From: Candidatus Babelota bacterium
Lineage (GTDB): Bacteria; Babelota; Babeliae; Babelales; Vermiphilaceae
Assembly: GCA_039809905.1 (NCBI GenBank)
Contig: JBDHVY010000001.1
Location: 1,170,001 to 1,202,000, forward strand
Reading direction: 5' to 3'
Length of the DNA: 32,000 bases
The notes beneath the pieces were generated by a model. It searched no databases and was not told where the DNA came from. It worked only from the letters and a program-made list of their open reading frames with translations. Of the stretch, positions 1 to 8,986 are shown one piece after another (position 1 is the first letter of the stretch; each line of letters opens with the position of its first letter). The position numbers and the translations under genes were made by a program.

Positions 1-56
1 TGTTCCCAGTGGGCAATCTGGTTTAAGGGTGGTTTTGTGTATTGATCTGTTTATTG

Positions 57-1157
57 TTAATTATTGTAAAGCATTCTCTTTATATTCATAATTTTTTCAA
101 CGTGATCATCAATTTCTTTTTCAGTGATGTGGTTATCTTCGAGAGTTTTTTTGATTAGGCAGATGGCTGCAGGCACATCAGTAGGACATAATAGAATATC
201 ATTTCCTGCAATAAGGGCTTGCAATTCAGCTTGTCCCTGCGAATAATTTTTTGTAATGCCACCCATATCAAGTGCATCAGTAATAATAAGACCATCAAAT
301 AGCAGTTCTTTTTGTAACACATTCGTGACAATGTTTTTTGATAGACTTGAAGGTATATTGTTTTCATTTTCAAGAGCAGGAACTTCAAGATGTGCAATCA
401 TGATGGCTGGAATATCTGCATTGATTAACGCTTTAAATGGCACTAATTCAACTGCATGCAATCTTTCTTTATCATGAGCAATAAGAGGTAAATCATAATG
501 TGAATCAACATCAGTATCACCATGTCCCGGAAAATGTTTTGCACAAGCAATAATGCCCATATCGTGTAATCCTTGTGCAAATGCAATAGCATGTTTTGTA
601 ACTATTTCTGGATTATCTCCAAACGCACGATCATTAATCACAGGATTATTTGGATTATTGTTAACATCTGCTACTGGTGCAAACACAATATTGACTCCTA
701 TTGTTTTTGCAATATTTCCAACTACTCTGCCAATATCATACGTGTATTTTTCATTATTAATTTCTCCTAGTTGTTCGTTACAAGGAAAGTGGATGAATTC
801 AGCAAAGCGACCAGCGCCAACTCTGCCGGGCTCCAAATCTTGGCCAACGAGCAATGGAATAGCTGATATACTTTGAAAGCGCAGTGTACGGTCTCTTTGT
901 TTTATGTAATCACTTTTTCCAAAAAAAATAATTCCACCGATGTGATATTCAGTGATAAGTTCTTCAATATATTCTTTATCCATGCGATACGGCTTTTTTT
1001 GCATGATTTCATGAGTAATTTCTTCATCTGCAAAAGCTGCAACCATAAATAATTGACCAATTTTTTGATCAAGAGTGAGATCACTTATATGAGGGATTTC
1101 AGAATAAATAAAAGTAAAGGAGCTGCAAAACATTATAAGAAAAAATCGCATATTCAT
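57..1157 (-). CDS. Exported glycoside hydrolase family 3 enzyme, NagZ-like beta-N-acetylhexosaminidase (single-domain GH3)
   Basis: 366-aa ORF with GH3 N-terminal-domain blocks KIGQLFMV, LLVGQDLEPGRV, FAPVADVNNNPNNPVINDRAFG, KHFPGHGDTDVDSH and IITDALDMGG. The hydrophobic N-terminus MRFFLIMFCSSFTFIYS suggests export. Confidence 0.85.
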   Translation of the reverse strand: MNMRFFLIMFCSSFTFIYSEIPHISDLTLDQKIGQLFMVAAFADEEITHEIMQKKPYRMDKEYIEELITEYHIGGIIFFGKSDYIKQRDRTLRFQSISAIPLLVGQDLEPGRVGAGRFAEFIHFPCNEQLGEINNEKYTYDIGRVVGNIAKTIGVNIVFAPVADVNNNPNNPVINDRAFGDNPEIVTKHAIAFAQGLHDMGIIACAKHFPGHGDTDVDSHYDLPLIAHDKERLHAVELVPFKALINADIPAIMIAHLEVPALENENNIPSSLSKNIVTNVLQKELLFDGLIITDALDMGGITKNYSQGQAELQALIAGNDILLCPTDVPAAICLIKKTLEDNHITEKEIDDHVEKIMNIKRMLYNN

Positions 1158-1248
1158 CAGATTTCCTTTTTTATTGAATTATGCTTTGTATGCTGTTGAG
1201 GTAATTAATGACCACATTAGCATAAAAGTTATGGAATCAATATAAAAT

Positions 1249-2109
1249 TTACATTTTCAGGTAATTGGGCATGTGCTGAATTATATAAAGTGCAGAAAGG
1301 GCTAATATATTTCCAGATGTTCTCAAAGAAGATCCCGTATAAAAATTTTTCCATCCATGTTGATTTATTGTTTTTAGAAAAACATCAAGTGGTCCTTGAT
1401 AATGTTTTTTTTCTATATCAGCATGCAATTTAGTTGCCATAACCCTCAACGGTTGTGTTGTTGCAGTCAGAAGGATTGAAGAAAAACAAGCGCTTGATGC
1501 AAAAGCTGCTGCACAGTTATCACAATAATGATTGATGTAATTTTTGATAAATGGCAATCCATTGGTATATGTTGTTGCAAATAGTATTGCTTGGAATGTT
1601 GTAGGGACTATGCCACGACTCAGGCTTTTATAGCGATGAGGAAAATTATTGATAATAGTGCGCACTGGTAATCCAGTATTTTGTTTATGGACTGCTAATA
1701 ATCCTGAAGCATTAGAAAAAGGAGCTGAAGACGCACCAGCAAGAATTGCTGCAAGAGTAGTTTTTTCGTTAGGATCTTTGTTGTTATCTGAGCACCCAAT
1801 GATGTTGTTTATTAATTTATATATAGCTGTTTGCAAAGCAATAACAGGAATATTGTTAGCAGCAAGAATAGTGTATCCTCTAAAGCAATGATGTATATTG
1901 TTCATTTTTATTTTTATTTCTAATCCTTGAGCTTTTTGTGATTGCGCATAATGGAATGGCATATAGAGAAATGTAGCGAGTAAACTACTTGTTCCACCAA
2001 TTAAGCCTGTTCGAGCGCAATCAGACATATTCTTCAATACCATCGATGATTCACTTGCATGCATATGTATTATGGTGCAGCAGAGTAAAAAGGTAACAAA
2101 TTTGTACAT
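1249..2109 (-). CDS. Mitochondrial carrier family (MCF/SLC25)-like six-helix membrane protein, divergent
   Basis: 286 aa, a typical MCF length. Three tandem ~90-aa repeats (about residues 31-103, 117-192, 199-280) each have a Gly/Ala/Ser-rich helix ending in Pro: LYMPFHYAQSQK, SSAPFSNASGLL, TTQPLRVMATKL. Each is followed by a [FY]xG helix: FRGYTILAANNIPVIALQTAIYKLI, LSRGIVPTTFQAILFATTYTNGLPFIK, WKNFYTGSSLRTSGNILALSALYII. The charged residues of the canonical Px[DE]xx[KR] signature are mostly missing, so the call rests on repeat architecture only. Confidence 0.55.
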   Translation of the reverse strand: MYKFVTFLLCCTIIHMHASESSMVLKNMSDCARTGLIGGTSSLLATFLYMPFHYAQSQKAQGLEIKIKMNNIHHCFRGYTILAANNIPVIALQTAIYKLINNIIGCSDNNKDPNEKTTLAAILAGASSAPFSNASGLLAVHKQNTGLPVRTIINNFPHRYKSLSRGIVPTTFQAILFATTYTNGLPFIKNYINHYCDNCAAAFASSACFSSILLTATTQPLRVMATKLHADIEKKHYQGPLDVFLKTINQHGWKNFYTGSSLRTSGNILALSALYIIQHMPNYLKM

Positions 2110-2142
2110 GATTTCCCCTTGTGATTGATAAAAAATTGCCCT

Positions 2143-2168
2143 AAAAAAAGGCCCTCTGATGAGGGCCT
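2143..2168 (-). terminator. Rho-independent terminator downstream of the GH1 gene 2183..3568
   Basis: 8-bp G+C-rich stem aggccctc / gagggcct with loop tgat. On the minus strand it is followed by a run of 7 T (plus-strand aaaaaaa at 2143-2149). Confidence 0.7.
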
Positions 2169-2182
2169 TAAGTAATTAATGA

Positions 2183-3568
2183 TTATTTCTTTTTTATTGT
2201 AGTCAGATATGGCGATGCGCCACTTTTTAATGTGCGTTGTTTGGTAGCCTGATCAACAGAAAAAAGACCAAATTGTGTATCATAACTTCCCCATGAAAAA
2301 CCATCTAAAAAGCTATAGTAATAATATCCTTCTACATTGTGACCTTCTGTCTTTGCTTTATGTAAGGCGTAAAGATGGCGTTTAATGAATAAATCTCTCA
2401 TGCTTTCATCATGGGTAGCGATACCATTTTGCGTAATAATCATGGGAATATGCAATTTTTTTGCGATTTTTTCTGATATTTCTTTGATTGCTAAATATAA
2501 TCCTTCAGGATATACCGTCATACTAGGAACATCAGTTGGCATTTCACTCGGGTTGCCTATATGATTGAAAATATTTTTAATATATCCATGACTATGATAA
2601 TTGATACCAATAAAATCAAGAGATTTTGGAGCAAATGCATTAGTATGATTGATCCACGCTCCTTTTTTGCCGGGGAAAGGTATTCTTAGTGCGAATATAC
2701 CGCTCGTGAAAAAATTATAAAATGAATAATTTGTGAGAATGTTGGCAACATAACAACTTGCTCTATCCCAAAAATGCCATGGTTCAAGAATGTGCACATG
2801 TTTGATAATGCCGATTCTGCTTGTGTTTCCATGCGGAGCAGCTTTAATTGCTTGATATACACGCACATGTGCTTCGAGTTCATTTTTAAGCACTGTTGCA
2901 GCACGGTTAAGACTACGAATTCCTGGAGGAGTGCTACCAAGAAGATAACCTAGTACGGCATAATTTTCTGGAGCCCAGAACGTGATCCAACGATTTATTT
3001 TGGTGCCTAATACTGCATACACTTTTAGGCAATACCGTTCAAATAATTGAATATTTTTTTCATATTCAAATCCACCTAAATAACCCCACCACAAAGGATC
3101 ACAATAATCTTTTAATATCACGGTAATTTCAATATTATTTTCGACTAATTCATTACAGAGATTTTTATATTGTTCTAATACTGCTTCATCAAAAATACCC
3201 TGTTCAGGTTCTATTCTGCTCCAATCAAGAGAAAAACAATACGTTGAAATACCCATTTCTTTCATCAATTGAACATCTTTTTTATAATTTTCTAAAAGTG
3301 ATGCATTGTTGTCAGAAGATGATCGTGTGAACGTTTGACCTTGCTTGTTTGTTTGATTTGCCCAAGCATACCAAGTACTTGTTTTTGAATAACCTTCCGT
3401 TTCATAGGAAAGGGTAGTTACACCCCACGAAAAAGATGCCGGAAATGAAAGAGCATTAATATTAATATCTTGCCATTTCCAATACGTAGTTGGTAAAAGA
3501 GAAAAATGAAATAAAGTCAAAATTATACTATAGAATAGTGCGGTGCGTTTCATGTGATGCCTTTGCAT
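2183..3568 (-). CDS. Exported GH1-fold protein (beta-glucosidase family) with Gln at the nucleophile position; possibly non-catalytic
   Basis: 461-aa ORF. It has GH1 blocks FSWGVTTLSYETEG (N-terminal signature), YCFSLDWSRIEP, WITFWAPENY (the NEP region) and MIITQNGIAT, where the usual I-T-E-N-G reads I-T-Q-N-G (CAA codon at 2431..2429). There is a hydrophobic leader. The second Met (MKRTALF, ATG at 3553) has a better-placed AAAGG and may be the true start. Confidence 0.85.
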   Translation of the reverse strand: MQRHHMKRTALFYSIILTLFHFSLLPTTYWKWQDININALSFPASFSWGVTTLSYETEGYSKTSTWYAWANQTNKQGQTFTRSSSDNNASLLENYKKDVQLMKEMGISTYCFSLDWSRIEPEQGIFDEAVLEQYKNLCNELVENNIEITVILKDYCDPLWWGYLGGFEYEKNIQLFERYCLKVYAVLGTKINRWITFWAPENYAVLGYLLGSTPPGIRSLNRAATVLKNELEAHVRVYQAIKAAPHGNTSRIGIIKHVHILEPWHFWDRASCYVANILTNYSFYNFFTSGIFALRIPFPGKKGAWINHTNAFAPKSLDFIGINYHSHGYIKNIFNHIGNPSEMPTDVPSMTVYPEGLYLAIKEISEKIAKKLHIPMIITQNGIATHDESMRDLFIKRHLYALHKAKTEGHNVEGYYYYSFLDGFSWGSYDTQFGLFSVDQATKQRTLKSGASPYLTTIKKK

Positions 3569-3624
3569 TAGAAATATCTTGATACACCGTATAGTATAAT
3601 TTATTTTTTATAATTTAGAATTTT

Positions 3625-5202
3625 TTAATATCCAATCAGTGGCTTAGGCATTTGTGCTTCATATTCTTGCTGCGTGAATGTTGGTTTAATACCATAGTAT
3701 CCTCTGATAAAATCGCGATAACCTTTCGAACTCGGTTTTAAAGTACGTTTCAGGTAATTAGGTGAAGATGTATCAAAATTAACATGGAAAAAACCATAAT
3801 TACGGGTTCCAAATGCGTGAGGAAATGCAGTACTTGGCCATTCATAACTATCATGAGATGACCATGGCAAATAACCAATAACAGGATAACCTTTGCTCAA
3901 TAATTGCCTGATATTTTCTAATGCACGATTAAAGAATCGTTTTCTTTTTTCTTCTCCCTGAGGAGTATTGGCTGTTGCAATACCATTTTCCGTGATGATA
4001 ATTGGTATGTTAAGTGGTTGTGCAAGAGTATCATTGATTACTTTGACAGCTCGCTCCAGGCCTTCTGGATAATCACGATATCGTGGGTTTTCTGTCATGT
4101 ATTCAGGATTTTTTTCTTCTTGAGGTTTTGTTAAAAACATATTCATATTTGAGTAAAAATTAAGACCAATCCAATCAAGGGATTCTGGAGCGGATGCATT
4201 AATTACCGAAGCTATTTCTTTTGGACCAATAGATAAATGTGCTCTACCTGTGCTGAAAAAATCAAAAAAGAGCTTATTTTGTAATGTATCTGCTACGGTA
4301 GTAATCAATCCAGAGACAGGAGATAGATAATAGTGAGTTTTATTGCCGTAGGATCTATCAAAGAGTATCAAATTTTTTATAATACCAATTTGAGGATTTG
4401 GCAGATGTGTATTTTCTTTATATAAACTTTTTATTGTTTTGTATGCAGCAACGTGTGCTTCAAGCATGTGAGCAAGCACTTTTTGAGTGAGAACTTTATC
4501 TTTTTTGCCCGGAGTATTTTCGCCTTCTTGATATGCTTTAATTGCGTATGCTTCAGGAGCATTAAATGTTGCCCAATATGTAATATCTTTCTGTAAATTT
4601 TTATACATTTCTTCTGCAAAACGAACAAAATAGATATTGTTATTTTGATTTTCAAAACCACCTAATTTTGCAAACCATTTTGGGATGGTATAATGGTGAA
4701 GTACTACGATTGGCTCTATATTATTATTTTTTAATTGTTGGATAATTCTTTTATAATGTTCAATAGCTTCTCTGTTAAATTTTCCTCTTTTTTGTTCTAT
4801 TCGATCCCATGCAATAGTAAGGCGAAAACTGTTTATTCCTAATTCATTTTTCATTTGAGCAATATCAGTTGCATATTTGTGCCAAAAATCTATTGCATTG
4901 CCAGCAAGCGGCAATTTTTTTGAGCGATAAAAATCTGCTGTAGCATTATATTTATCCAAACCACCTTCAATTTGATAAGCAGAAGAAGACAATCCAAACA
5001 AAAACTCTTTTTGTGTTGGGTTTTGTTTATGCGCAATACTGCTTAGCCACGTTTCTTTGAATTTTTTTCCTAAATCATAAGAATTAATGGTAGGAGTTAC
5101 TTGTCCACTAACTTCATAGGTATCAGAATAATTTCTCATTGCTATCGCATTATGGGTACTAAGAAATAGTGATATTATTATGAGTTCTCTATTTTTTTTC
5201 AT
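3625..5202 (-). CDS. Exported glycoside hydrolase family 1 (beta-glucosidase-like) paralog
   Basis: 525-aa ORF with FLFGLSSSAYQIEGG, NSFRLTIAWDRIE, WATFNAPEAYA and IIITENGIAT. The leader is MKKNRELIIISLFLSTHNAIAM. Its ATG overlaps the stop of the upstream GH1 gene as ATGA (5199-5202), which implies co-transcription and translational coupling. Confidence 0.9.
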   Translation of the reverse strand: MKKNRELIIISLFLSTHNAIAMRNYSDTYEVSGQVTPTINSYDLGKKFKETWLSSIAHKQNPTQKEFLFGLSSSAYQIEGGLDKYNATADFYRSKKLPLAGNAIDFWHKYATDIAQMKNELGINSFRLTIAWDRIEQKRGKFNREAIEHYKRIIQQLKNNNIEPIVVLHHYTIPKWFAKLGGFENQNNNIYFVRFAEEMYKNLQKDITYWATFNAPEAYAIKAYQEGENTPGKKDKVLTQKVLAHMLEAHVAAYKTIKSLYKENTHLPNPQIGIIKNLILFDRSYGNKTHYYLSPVSGLITTVADTLQNKLFFDFFSTGRAHLSIGPKEIASVINASAPESLDWIGLNFYSNMNMFLTKPQEEKNPEYMTENPRYRDYPEGLERAVKVINDTLAQPLNIPIIITENGIATANTPQGEEKRKRFFNRALENIRQLLSKGYPVIGYLPWSSHDSYEWPSTAFPHAFGTRNYGFFHVNFDTSSPNYLKRTLKPSSKGYRDFIRGYYGIKPTFTQQEYEAQMPKPLIGY

Positions 5203-6836
5203 TGCTGTTCCTTGCTAAAATAATTTTGTATGAAATCGCGATAATATTCAGAGCCTTTTTTGAGTGTTCGAGGTAAATCATCTTGAGTAAAATCAACAGC
5301 AAACATACCGTATGGCCTATCGTATGGATTTTCTTGTATGAGAGAAGGCCATTCATAATTATCATGAGATGCCCATGGTGTATAGCCAATGATTGGATAA
5401 TCTTCTTCTATAAGTTTGCGAATAGTGTAAAGTGCACGTTGAAAAAAGCGAGTACGTCGAGCATTATTTTCTGTAGCAATGCCATTTTCTGTGATGATGA
5501 TAGGAATATTAAGTGGTTTTGCGATAGCATCATTAATAATTTTTACACCACGATAAATACCTTCCGGATAGTCACGATATCTTAAGTTTGCAGTTTGTCT
5601 ATCTTCATTGGTTTCTTGCTGTGGTTTTGTGCCTAACATTTCCATATTTGAATAAATATTAATACCAATCCAATCGAGTGTGTTGTAATAGCGATAATAG
5701 AGCAATGAAAGTATCATTTTGTTTTGAAATGCAGCACCAAAAGTGGTTGCAATTTTTGTTGAAAAAGCTTCTCTTTTTGTTGAAATTTTTTCCTGAGCAG
5801 GATCAAGCGGAACTATATTTTTTTGAATACCTATTTGTGGAACAGGAATATCTTTATTTTTGTACTGTTTATATAAAGCTTTGATTGCTTTGTATGATTC
5901 AGCATGAGCAGCGAGCATGTTATACATTACGTTTTCTGTTGTCAAAAGACTTTTTTTGGTTCCCGGAGGACCATCAAGAGTAAAATATCCTTTAAAAGCA
6001 TATCCTTCGATTGCATTGAATGTTGACCAATAGGTTACATCTGCATGCAATGCTTCATACATTTTTTTTGCAAAAGCAACAAAGTATTTGATATTTTTAT
6101 ATTTTTCAAACCCACCAATTTCTGCAAACCACTGTGGAATTGTATAGTGATGAAGTACTACAATAGGCTCAATATTGTTTTTTTTTAGCAGCCTAATGAT
6201 GTTTACATATTGATCGATTGCATCTTGGTTCCATAATGGCTTATTAGGATCATTCCATAATTCTGGTGCGAGTTGTATCCGATCCCATGCAATTGAAAGT
6301 CGGAAGCTATTAATACCAAGTTGTGCTTTCATTTGAGCGATATCTGTTCTATAGCGATTCCAAAAATCAATTGCTCTACCAGCTGGTTCAAATCCTTTTG
6401 CTTTATAAAAAATGGCATTGGCATTGTTGCTATCAAGGCCACCTTCATATTGATATGAAGATGATGAAGCTCCAAAAAGAAATTTTTCAGGATGATCTTT
6501 AAAACGAGCCATAATTGGATTTTTTTCTGCAGCTTTATTGATGGTTTCTTTAAATTTCCTAGCAGATTCTTTAGGGTCTATAATTGATTTTCTTTCATTA
6601 TAAAAATTTCCTAAATCCAAGGGCTTACCTGTTGCTTGCGAAGTGATAACGGCTTTTTGAAATTTAGTTTTCGATGGTTGTTCATTCTGTTGCGTAGTTG
6701 GTTGTGTAAAATTGGGCAGAAAACTTTTAAACCATTCGATTGAAAACATTGTCGGTTGTTCAGAAGCATATGTTGGATTATTTGGAAAGGATAATAAAAA
6801 AAAAGCTAATAAACTATTTTTTATAAACATACTCAT
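5199..6836 (-). CDS. Exported glycoside hydrolase family 1 (beta-glucosidase-like) paralog
   Basis: 545-aa ORF with FLFGASSSSYQYEGG, NSFRLSIAWDRIQ, WSTFNAIEGYA and IIITENGIAT. It has a hydrophobic leader and a ~110-aa N-terminal extension before the GH1 core. Confidence 0.9.
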   Translation of the reverse strand: MSMFIKNSLLAFFLLSFPNNPTYASEQPTMFSIEWFKSFLPNFTQPTTQQNEQPSKTKFQKAVITSQATGKPLDLGNFYNERKSIIDPKESARKFKETINKAAEKNPIMARFKDHPEKFLFGASSSSYQYEGGLDSNNANAIFYKAKGFEPAGRAIDFWNRYRTDIAQMKAQLGINSFRLSIAWDRIQLAPELWNDPNKPLWNQDAIDQYVNIIRLLKKNNIEPIVVLHHYTIPQWFAEIGGFEKYKNIKYFVAFAKKMYEALHADVTYWSTFNAIEGYAFKGYFTLDGPPGTKKSLLTTENVMYNMLAAHAESYKAIKALYKQYKNKDIPVPQIGIQKNIVPLDPAQEKISTKREAFSTKIATTFGAAFQNKMILSLLYYRYYNTLDWIGINIYSNMEMLGTKPQQETNEDRQTANLRYRDYPEGIYRGVKIINDAIAKPLNIPIIITENGIATENNARRTRFFQRALYTIRKLIEEDYPIIGYTPWASHDNYEWPSLIQENPYDRPYGMFAVDFTQDDLPRTLKKGSEYYRDFIQNYFSKEQQ

Positions 6837-6950
6837 CCCTTGAATTAGAACATAGCATGTTTTTAATATACAGTTTGAAAATATTGAAATTCAAGGATAT
6901 GGTCATTTTATATGAAAATTGTTAACATATCCCGATTTAAATCTTATCTC

Positions 6951-7047
6951 GCGTTCGGGAATACCCTTCAACAAGTTCAGGGCGAGCGCAGCGAGAAATG
7001 AACGCAGTGTTTACTGCTGAGCTTGTCGAAGTATCAGGGCGAGCGCG
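6951..7047. other. G+C-rich intergenic island with an internal direct repeat and stem
   Basis: cagggcgagcgc occurs twice (6979-6990 and 7035-7046). cttcaacaag (6966-6975) is complementary to cttgtcgaag (7022-7031) at 9 of 10 positions. A small hairpin gcagtgtttactgc lies between them. The segment stands out against the AT-rich flanks and has no ORF. Confidence 0.4.
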
Positions 7048-7115
7048 AAAAATATAAATAATAAATAAGGTCATTTTAGTGATTCATGCTATATATGAAA
7101 AGAGGTATTAATAGT

Positions 7116-7155
7116 AAAAAAGGATTCTGATCTAAAAATCAGAATCCTTTTTTTA
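7116..7155 (-). terminator. Bidirectional rho-independent terminator downstream of the GH1 gene 7169..8890
   Basis: 11-bp perfect stem aggattctgat / atcagaatcct with loop ctaaaa. It is flanked by aaaaa on the left and ttttttt on the right. Confidence 0.8.
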
Positions 7156-7168
7156 ATAGATATATATT

Positions 7169-8890
7169 TTACGCTTTTTTAAAAAATTGTTCGGCAAAGG
7201 AAGCATAATACTTAGAACCATCTTTGAGTGTTCTTTTCATATAATCAGGTGAATTTTTATCAAAGTTCACGGCAAAAAAACCGTAATTTTTTGAATCGAA
7301 TCCTTGTGGATTATCTTGTGTTGGCCATTCATAATTATTATGCGAAGTCCATGGCAAATACCCAATAACGGGATAACCATCTTTAATCAATTGTGTAATT
7401 GTCCACATAGCCCGTTGAAAATATCGCGTACGTTTTGCATCATCATTCGTTGCAATACCATTTTCAGTAATAATAATTGGTAGTGGTTTGCCATGGTTAT
7501 TTTTTAATTTGCCAAGAGGGAATGCGAGATTGTCAGCAATTATTTTTACTGCTCGCTCAAGACCTTCAGGATAATTTCGATAATTTAGGTTATCAGTGTA
7601 ACGCTCTTCATCAATTTCAATAAGTTTATTGCCCGTGACTTGTTCAAAGCCATTCATGAATCTATTTGAATATACGTTGACTCCAATCCAATCGAATGCT
7701 TTATGAGCATGTTTGTGTTCACGATATACATTCAGACCTTTAGCAGTTTTCATAAAATCCGCATCAGGAGTATACATGCAATATACGCCATTAACCAAGA
7801 AATCGAATGTTCCACCTGATTGTATATATGATCCCATTGCGCACCCCAGCGCTGTTTTAAGGTTGTTACTATCCCAATGAGGATCAATAAGTACAATATT
7901 AATCTGTGTGCCAATAGATGGCTGTTTTAAAAGAGGATTGTGTTTTTTGAGATTTTTATATTGACGTTGAATTGCCAGAGCGGTATCAACCAGTTCGTAA
8001 TACATGTTGGCAATGACGGTGTGAGTTTTTTGGATATTATTTTTTTCACCGGGTGTTCCATCACCAGTAAAGTATCCTTTAAATGCAGGGCCTTCTGGTG
8101 CATTGCACATAGATATAAGACAATTTCCTAATTCTTCTGCCAGCTCAGTATAAACTTTTAAGCAGAATTCTTGGAAATACGCCCCATTTTTTTGTAGTTC
8201 AAATCCACCCAGATCTTCAAACCATTGTGGTACATCATAATGATGAAAAACGATCATTGGTTTAATGCCATGAGCAATAAGTACGTTGATAACTTTTTTG
8301 TAGAATGCAATTGCATCCATATCAAATACACCCAGCTGTGGTTGAATTCTGTTCCATGCAAGTGATAAACGATATGCATTAATGTGTAATTCTTGAGCGA
8401 GTTGTTCTATATCAGTTTCGTAACGGTGATAAAAATCAATCGCATCACCAGCGATTTGTAATTGTGCCTTATCACGGTAAAAACGTGCAGCAGCAGATGT
8501 TTCATCAAGACCACCTTCAATCTGATACGCAGAAGATGATGCGCCGAGCAAAAATTCTTCTGGTTTGATATCAGTGCAAGGGTTATCTATGATCGCGTTA
8601 TATAAAGCTTCAACATCAATAAGAATATTTTCTGGAGTGGCAAAAACTCCTGGGCCATATAGTTGAGCTAATTTTTCTTCGATTAAGGTATGTTCTAAGC
8701 GTCCATTATTCCAAAAATGTTTTGCAATGGCGTTTGCCATTACTTTAGCGAATTTAGCGCGTTGCTTGGCATATATCTTGGCATTTTTGACTGATGCTGG
8801 TAGTTCAAATGCCTGAGTGCTTGGCAAAAGGGTGATTATACCCATTAATATTGTCGACTTAAAGGGCAAAAGTGCTTTTTTATACATCAT
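7169..8890 (-). CDS. Exported glycoside hydrolase family 1 (beta-glucosidase-like) paralog with a long N-terminal extension
   Basis: 573-aa ORF with FLLGASSSAYQIEGG, NAYRLSLAWNRIQP, ISMCNAPEGPA and IIITENGIAT, plus a hydrophobic leader. Confidence 0.9.
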   Translation of the reverse strand: MMYKKALLPFKSTILMGIITLLPSTQAFELPASVKNAKIYAKQRAKFAKVMANAIAKHFWNNGRLEHTLIEEKLAQLYGPGVFATPENILIDVEALYNAIIDNPCTDIKPEEFLLGASSSAYQIEGGLDETSAAARFYRDKAQLQIAGDAIDFYHRYETDIEQLAQELHINAYRLSLAWNRIQPQLGVFDMDAIAFYKKVINVLIAHGIKPMIVFHHYDVPQWFEDLGGFELQKNGAYFQEFCLKVYTELAEELGNCLISMCNAPEGPAFKGYFTGDGTPGEKNNIQKTHTVIANMYYELVDTALAIQRQYKNLKKHNPLLKQPSIGTQINIVLIDPHWDSNNLKTALGCAMGSYIQSGGTFDFLVNGVYCMYTPDADFMKTAKGLNVYREHKHAHKAFDWIGVNVYSNRFMNGFEQVTGNKLIEIDEERYTDNLNYRNYPEGLERAVKIIADNLAFPLGKLKNNHGKPLPIIITENGIATNDDAKRTRYFQRAMWTITQLIKDGYPVIGYLPWTSHNNYEWPTQDNPQGFDSKNYGFFAVNFDKNSPDYMKRTLKDGSKYYASFAEQFFKKA

Positions 8891-8986
8891 TAAGGAGCCT
8901 TTTTAGCTGGAACATTTGCTATTCTATCTGTATTTATAATATGCGAGAATAAAGCATCTGTCAAAAGGCTTTTTCCTTCACTGCTT

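Noticed and set aside
155-876. Short ORFs overlapping the GH3 gene (155..397, 256..477, 553..876, 573..770), and similar nested ORFs inside the GH1, MCF, PLA2, ANK, miaA and M48-like genes
   Set aside because: They are nested in, or antisense to, longer ORFs that have clear family motifs. They have no independent support.
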